Origin: Acidobacteriota bacterium
GTDB lineage: Bacteria > Acidobacteriota > UBA6911 > RPQK01 > JAPXNP01
Length of the DNA stretch: 64,000 nucleotides
Direction: 5' to 3'
NCBI GenBank assembly: GCA_020350445.1
Contig: CP070717.1
Location: forward strand, 3,793,904 to 3,857,903
Shown one piece after another: positions 59,465 to 64,000 of the stretch. The translations under genes and the position numbers were made by a program. The notes beneath the pieces were generated by a model. The model was not told the DNA's origin, did not search any database, and saw nothing but the letters and a program-made list of their open reading frames with translations. The first letter of the stretch is position 1, and every line of letters begins with the position of its first letter.

Positions 59465-60625
59465 ATGAAGTTTGTTCGTCTTCTGCTGAAGAATCTCTTG
59501 AGAAATAAGCGGCGGACGATCCTGACGGTATCGAGCATCGCCGTTTCACTGTTTCTCGTGGCCACTCTGCAGACCATTCTGTCGGAACTGCAGAATCCGC
59601 CCGAAACACCCGATTCAGCGCTGCGGATGATCGTGCGCCACAAGGTCTCTTTGTTTAACGCTCTTCCGCAGGCTCATCTGGACAGGATGGCCCAGATCGA
59701 GGGTGTTGAGGCAGTGGTCGGTTCGATGTGGTTTGGGGGCGTCTACAAGGATCCAGCGAACTTCTTTGCGAGCTTCTCGACCGATACCGACGGTTTCTTC
59801 ACGATCTACTCTGACCTCGAACTGCCCGACGAACAGAAGGAGGCGTTCAAGGCGAATCGGACCGGGTGTATCGTCGGAGGCACACTGGCTGACCGCTTCG
59901 ACTGGAAGCTGGGGGACCGGATCTTCCTCGAGAGCAACGCCTGGCCGGTCGAAGTGGAACTTACGATCGAAGGGATCTACCAGGGCGGATCTGATGACGG
60001 AACCACTCTTTACCTCCAGCGGGAATACTGGAATGAGCTGATGAAGGAGCAGATGGGGGGTGAGTGGGATATGGTTGGAACCTTCAACCTCCGGGTCCGA
60101 TCCCCCGAAGACCTTGCCCGGGTAGCCTCCGAAATCGATGAAATGTTTCGCAACAGCAGCTTTCCGACCAAAACAGAAACCGAGAAGTCCTTTCTGCTCA
60201 ACATGGTTTCGATGTTAGGCGATGTTCAACTCTTCATTACGAGCATCGTCTCGGTGGTGATATTCACGATTCTCCTGGTCGCCGCCAACACGATGGCGAT
60301 GTCGATTCGGGAACGGACGCGGGAAATCGGGATCTTGAAGGCTCTCGGTTTCACCCGGCGCCTGGTCCTGATGCTACTGGTCGGGGAAGCTCTCTTTCTT
60401 TCCCTGGGTGGAGCCCTTCTCGGCTCCTGGACCGCCCGGCTGATCTATTCATCGATCAACATGACCCAGATCACGGGTGGCTTTATCCAGAGGTTCTATG
60501 TGACGCCTGAGACCCTGTTGCTCTGTGCGGCAATCGGCCTCTTCGTTGGCCTCTTCTCTGCCGGGTTCCCCGCCTGGCAGGCTTCTCGAAAATCGGTTGT
60601 AGATGCTCTGAGGAGGGTCGTATGA
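59465..60625 (+). CDS. ABC transporter permease, FtsX/MacB-like (DUF214)
   Basis: N-terminal TM helix, large periplasmic domain, then three C-terminal TM helices with the FtsX-like core (IGILKALGFTRR). Confidence 0.8.
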   Translation: MKFVRLLLKNLLRNKRRTILTVSSIAVSLFLVATLQTILSELQNPPETPDSALRMIVRHKVSLFNALPQAHLDRMAQIEGVEAVVGSMWFGGVYKDPANFFASFSTDTDGFFTIYSDLELPDEQKEAFKANRTGCIVGGTLADRFDWKLGDRIFLESNAWPVEVELTIEGIYQGGSDDGTTLYLQREYWNELMKEQMGGEWDMVGTFNLRVRSPEDLARVASEIDEMFRNSSFPTKTETEKSFLLNMVSMLGDVQLFITSIVSVVIFTILLVAANTMAMSIRERTREIGILKALGFTRRLVLMLLVGEALFLSLGGALLGSWTARLIYSSINMTQITGGFIQRFYVTPETLLLCAAIGLFVGLFSAGFPAWQASRKSVVDALRRVV

Positions 60626-61779
60626 AGATTCCGGTGAAATACAGTATCCGAAGCCTGCTCGTTAGGAGGGTTGGCACATCCATGACCGCGATGGGAATCG
60701 GCCTGACTGTAGCGGTTGTCGTCGTGATGCTCGCCATGGTCCACGGTCTGGATATGACCTTCATCGAATCGGGTGACCCCTTGAACCTGGTTGTAGTCCG
60801 CAAGGGGGCACAAAACGAGGTCAATAGTTATTTCGACCTGACGATGTTCGATACGATCCGCTTTCTGGAAGGCGTTCAGAGAGACGCGGACAATGTTCCG
60901 ATCGCGACAGGCGAGATCCTTGTCGTGGTCAATCTCAACCGCAAGGACGGCAGCGAGTCAAACGTCTCGATTCGAGGTATTGGTGACAAAAGTGTGGAAC
61001 TGCGTCCAGCACTGAAGGTGATTGAAGGCCGACTTCCGCAGGACGGCCTGCGTGAGTTGATGGTCAGCGATGCGCTCAGAGACCGTTTTTCCGGGTTGGA
61101 ACTGGACACCGAACTGGACTTGAATCAGTCTCCCTGGAAGATCGTGGGCATATTTGACTCGGGAGACGGGGCCAACGAATCGGAGATCTGGGGCGGATAC
61201 CAGGATATCGCGCAGGTTTGGCAACGTCCGGTCTATTCTTCCATTCTGCTGCGGACGGAGTCGGCGACAGCTTCTGAGACGCTGCAAAAGCGGATCGCCG
61301 ATGATCGGCGGATTCAGCTCGACGCGATCAATCAGAAGGAGTACTTCGAGAACCAGACGGTGTCCTCCATTGCACTGAAGGCGCTTTCGGTGTTCATTGC
61401 CATCATCATGGGAATTGGCTCCTGCTTCGCGATCATGAACATGATGTACGGGGCTGTGATGTCTCGCCAGCAGGAGGTTGCAACCCTCCGCGCCCTGGGT
61501 TTCCGGCGTCGCAGTATCCTGGCCTCCTTCCTGTTGGAATCAGCCTTCCTCGGAATCCTCGGAGGTATCGTCGGCTGCTTGCTCGGCTCTCTGTTCAACG
61601 GTTATTCCGCCGGAACATCCAACTTCGCCTCCTTCAGTGAGGTCGTGTTCAATTTCCGGGTGACTCCCACCATCCTGCTTCAGGGAATGCTCTTCGCGAC
61701 GTTCATGGGTGTCCTCGGAGGGTTCCTTCCGGCGCGGCGGGCCGCATCCGTGCGTTTGATCGACGTTTTGAGAGGGTAA
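60622..61779 (+). CDS. ABC transporter permease, FtsX/MacB-like (second copy)
   Basis: Same architecture as the preceding permease (VATLRALGFRRR). 4-bp overlap with it. Confidence 0.8.
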   Translation: MKIPVKYSIRSLLVRRVGTSMTAMGIGLTVAVVVVMLAMVHGLDMTFIESGDPLNLVVVRKGAQNEVNSYFDLTMFDTIRFLEGVQRDADNVPIATGEILVVVNLNRKDGSESNVSIRGIGDKSVELRPALKVIEGRLPQDGLRELMVSDALRDRFSGLELDTELDLNQSPWKIVGIFDSGDGANESEIWGGYQDIAQVWQRPVYSSILLRTESATASETLQKRIADDRRIQLDAINQKEYFENQTVSSIALKALSVFIAIIMGIGSCFAIMNMMYGAVMSRQQEVATLRALGFRRRSILASFLLESAFLGILGGIVGCLLGSLFNGYSAGTSNFASFSEVVFNFRVTPTILLQGMLFATFMGVLGGFLPARRAASVRLIDVLRG

Positions 61780-62916
61780 ATGAAAGAAGATCTGAGTGCC
61801 TTGAAGATTGAAAAGCACAGGAAAGGAAACGGTGGTGGAGGTAAGGGTTTCTGGGTCGGACTGTGCGCGGTTCTCTTCCTGGTTGTGATTGCGCTGGTGT
61901 TCTACATCGTCCAGTCCAGTCACGGGCTGCTCGGAGAGCCGGTGTCGGTTGAACAAACCGCCTCGGCGGACCCCTTGCCGGTGAAACCCGAACCGATCCG
62001 GTTGAGCCGGGAAGTGTTGATCGCCTCCGGTTACATCATTGCCCACCACAGTCATGAGCTCGGTTCAAAGGTGACTGGAAGGGTTGAATGGATCGGGGTC
62101 GAAAAAGGGGACAAGGTGACAAAGGGGCAGCTGCTGGTCAAGCTCGAAGACCGTGAATTCCGGGCCCAGTTGGCTCAGTCAGAGGCCACACTGGCCTTGA
62201 CGAAGTCCCGGTTAGAGGAACTCGAAGCGGGTACCCGTCCCCAGGAAGTCGATCGGGCGGAGGCGGAGCTGAAGCGGGCAGAGGCTGACCTTTCCAATGC
62301 GCGGCTCGAGCATGAGCGTCTCGAAGGATTGCTTCGCCAGGGAGTCGTACCTGAACAGCAGGTCGATGATGCCCGTTCCCGGGTCAAGATGACCGAGGCC
62401 TCGGTCCGCTCCGCTCGACGCAGCTTTGAACTGCTCGACCTGGGACCTCGACAGGAACAGATCGAACAGGCCAGGGCTGAGGTGTCGAGAGCGGAAGGAG
62501 CCGTCGAATACTCACAGGTAATGCTCGATGCAACCGAGATCAGAGCACCGATCAGTGGGACCGTTCTGCGTCGAATTGCGGAGATTGGAGAGATGATCAC
62601 GACCAGCTTTGCCGGTACCAGTGGTGCGAAGTCCGCGGTCGTGGCCCTGGCTGATCTGAAAGACCTTCAGGTGGAACTCGATATCAGTCAGAGTGATTTC
62701 AATCGAATCTCGAGCGAGCAGGAGTGCCAGATGACGCCTGAGGCCTATCCCGATCGGATCTACCCCTGTGAAATCGATGAGATCTCACCCGAGGCGAACC
62801 GACAGAAGGCGTCCATCCAGGTCAAGGTCAAGGTGCTGGAACCTGATGATTACCTGCGCCCGGAGATGAGTGCCCGGGTCACATTTCTGAGGAAGGAAGA
62901 GCAAAGCGATGAGTGA
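61780..62916 (+). CDS. HlyD/MFP-family periplasmic adaptor subunit
   Basis: N-terminal membrane anchor, coiled-coil region ([23 protein letters not shown]…) and beta-barrel C-terminus typical of membrane fusion proteins. Confidence 0.8.
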   Translation: MKEDLSALKIEKHRKGNGGGGKGFWVGLCAVLFLVVIALVFYIVQSSHGLLGEPVSVEQTASADPLPVKPEPIRLSREVLIASGYIIAHHSHELGSKVTGRVEWIGVEKGDKVTKGQLLVKLEDREFRAQLAQSEATLALTKSRLEELEAGTRPQEVDRAEAELKRAEADLSNARLEHERLEGLLRQGVVPEQQVDDARSRVKMTEASVRSARRSFELLDLGPRQEQIEQARAEVSRAEGAVEYSQVMLDATEIRAPISGTVLRRIAEIGEMITTSFAGTSGAKSAVVALADLKDLQVELDISQSDFNRISSEQECQMTPEAYPDRIYPCEIDEISPEANRQKASIQVKVKVLEPDDYLRPEMSARVTFLRKEEQSDE

Positions 62917-63613
62917 AGTTCTGGTAGAGATCAGGCAACTTGGGAAGGTTTTCAAGCGAGATTCCGTTGAAATCCGAGCGCTCGATGGCATCGATCTGGA
63001 TCTGCATTCCGGTGAATTTGTCAGTCTGATGGGACCCTCCGGGTCGGGCAAGAGCACGCTGCTGAACATCATTGCCGGGATTGACCGGCAGACGGAAGGT
63101 ACGGCTCGTGTACTCGGTACCGATCTCTCCCAGCTGAACGAAGATCAGCTGGCAGGTTGGCGGAATGATCATGTTGGATTTGTTTTCCAGCACTTCAATC
63201 TCATCCCCGTCCTGACGGCGTTTGAGAATGTGGAGCTGCCGCTCCTGCTGACTTCGCTCAGCCGACAGGAACGGCGCGAGCATGTCATGACGGCGCTAAA
63301 AGTCGTGGGGCTCTCGGACCGTGTGAAACATTACCCGCGACAGCTGTCAGGCGGGCAGGAACAGCGGGTCTCGATTGCCCGTGCTATCGTGACCGACCCG
63401 ACATTCATCCTTGCCGATGAGCCGACCGGTGACTTGGACGCAGTTTCGGCCGAAGAAGTACTCGAAGTTCTCAAGAGCCTGAACCGGGATTTTGGCAAGA
63501 CAATCGTGATGGTAACGCATGACCCCAGGGCTGCCCGGTATGCCGCAACCAACTACTATCTGGACAAGGGGCTGCTGGTGGAGCATCCCGACCCGAATCC
63601 TGCACTGCACTGA
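62909..63613 (+). CDS. ABC transporter ATP-binding protein (MacB/LolD-type)
   Basis: Walker [11 protein letters not shown]-loop, signature LSGGQEQR and Walker [12 protein letters not shown]. 234 aa. Confidence 0.85.
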   Translation: MSEVLVEIRQLGKVFKRDSVEIRALDGIDLDLHSGEFVSLMGPSGSGKSTLLNIIAGIDRQTEGTARVLGTDLSQLNEDQLAGWRNDHVGFVFQHFNLIPVLTAFENVELPLLLTSLSRQERREHVMTALKVVGLSDRVKHYPRQLSGGQEQRVSIARAIVTDPTFILADEPTGDLDAVSAEEVLEVLKSLNRDFGKTIVMVTHDPRAARYAATNYYLDKGLLVEHPDPNPALH

Positions 63614-63717
63614 CCTCCAGATTGTCCCTTGAATCTGCGGATGGGCCGCTCTAAACTTCAGGTATAAGTGAAGTCCTACACCTAAGTTTCTCAGACAAGT
63701 CGGCTAAGGGGGCAAGC

Positions 63718-64000
63718 ATGATCACAAGGCAAGACTTGCAGTTTCTCCTGTCATACGATTCTTCAGGTCAGGCCCGCGTCTTGACGATTTACCTGAATGT
63801 AGACCAGAGCCGTGCGGTTAACCTGAACCGTGGGTTCGAGGCCGCTCTGAAGAGTAGACTGCAAGGGATTGAGCGCTCGTTGGAATCAGGAGCGGAACGT
63901 CGGAGCTTTTCCGAGAATGCGCGCGTGGCGACCCAGTTGATTTCGGAATACCAGCCCGACGGTAAGAGTGTCGTGTTGTTTCTGGACACTGAAAAGGATC
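63718..64000 (+). CDS. Hypothetical protein, N-terminal fragment (runs off the 3' end of the window)
   Basis: Open frame from ATG 63718 (AAGGGGG RBS upstream) to the window end with no stop. No recognisable family from 94 residues. Confidence 0.3.
   Translation, partial: MITRQDLQFLLSYDSSGQARVLTIYLNVDQSRAVNLNRGFEAALKSRLQGIERSLESGAERRSFSENARVATQLISEYQPDGKSVVLFLDTEKD

Noticed and set aside
1-64000. CRISPR arrays, tRNA/rRNA genes, IS elements, transposases, integrases
   Set aside because: I scanned intergenic regions for direct repeats with spacers, T-arm-like GGTTCGAATCC motifs and transposase/integrase-like ORFs. None were found. The only repeat array is the 8-bp microsatellite at 2557-2637.

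Overview
This 64-kb window looks like a chromosomal segment from a high-GC (about 60%) bacterium that performs dissimilatory sulfate or sulfite reduction. The dominant feature is a roughly 28-kb consolidated sulfur-respiration locus (24.9-53.1 kb) that holds essentially the whole core pathway.

On the + strand: dsrA, dsrB, dsrD, dsrN, two translationally coupled unknowns (HEAT-like and TPR), dsrC, a DsrT/RsbRD_N-like gene and dsrMKJOP. These are followed by a CysG-like siroheme synthase with a C-terminal extension, a second DsrMK-like pair (NarI-like membrane protein plus HdrD-like protein) and a YeiH-like putative sulfate exporter.

On the - strand: qmoC, qmoB and qmoA, a YkgJ-like Cys-cluster protein, a zinc-ribbon ORF, aprA (apparently frameshifted), aprB, an ArsR-family regulator and sat. 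A DASS-family transporter with TrkA-C domains is divergent from dsrA and is a candidate sulfate importer.

The left 24 kb is mostly housekeeping or accessory:
- two OPT peptide transporters flanking an M29 aminopeptidase, with an 8-bp tandem repeat
- two DUF481 outer-membrane proteins flanking a Gfo/Idh/MocA oxidoreductase
- a YjhG-like sugar-acid dehydratase
- two ECF sigma / zf-HC2 anti-sigma pairs
- an M16-like protein that lacks the catalytic motif and is interrupted by an in-frame stop
- GDP-mannose genes, the PEP-synthase regulatory protein (PSRP), dapF, an M20 peptidase, mdh and a YbjQ-family protein

The right end has a GltD-like NAD(P)H oxidoreductase, a LytS-type sensor kinase with two response regulators (REC-PP2C and REC-LytTR) and a MacAB/HlyD-type ABC exporter.

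I could not identify any rRNA, tRNA, CRISPR array, transposase or integrase.
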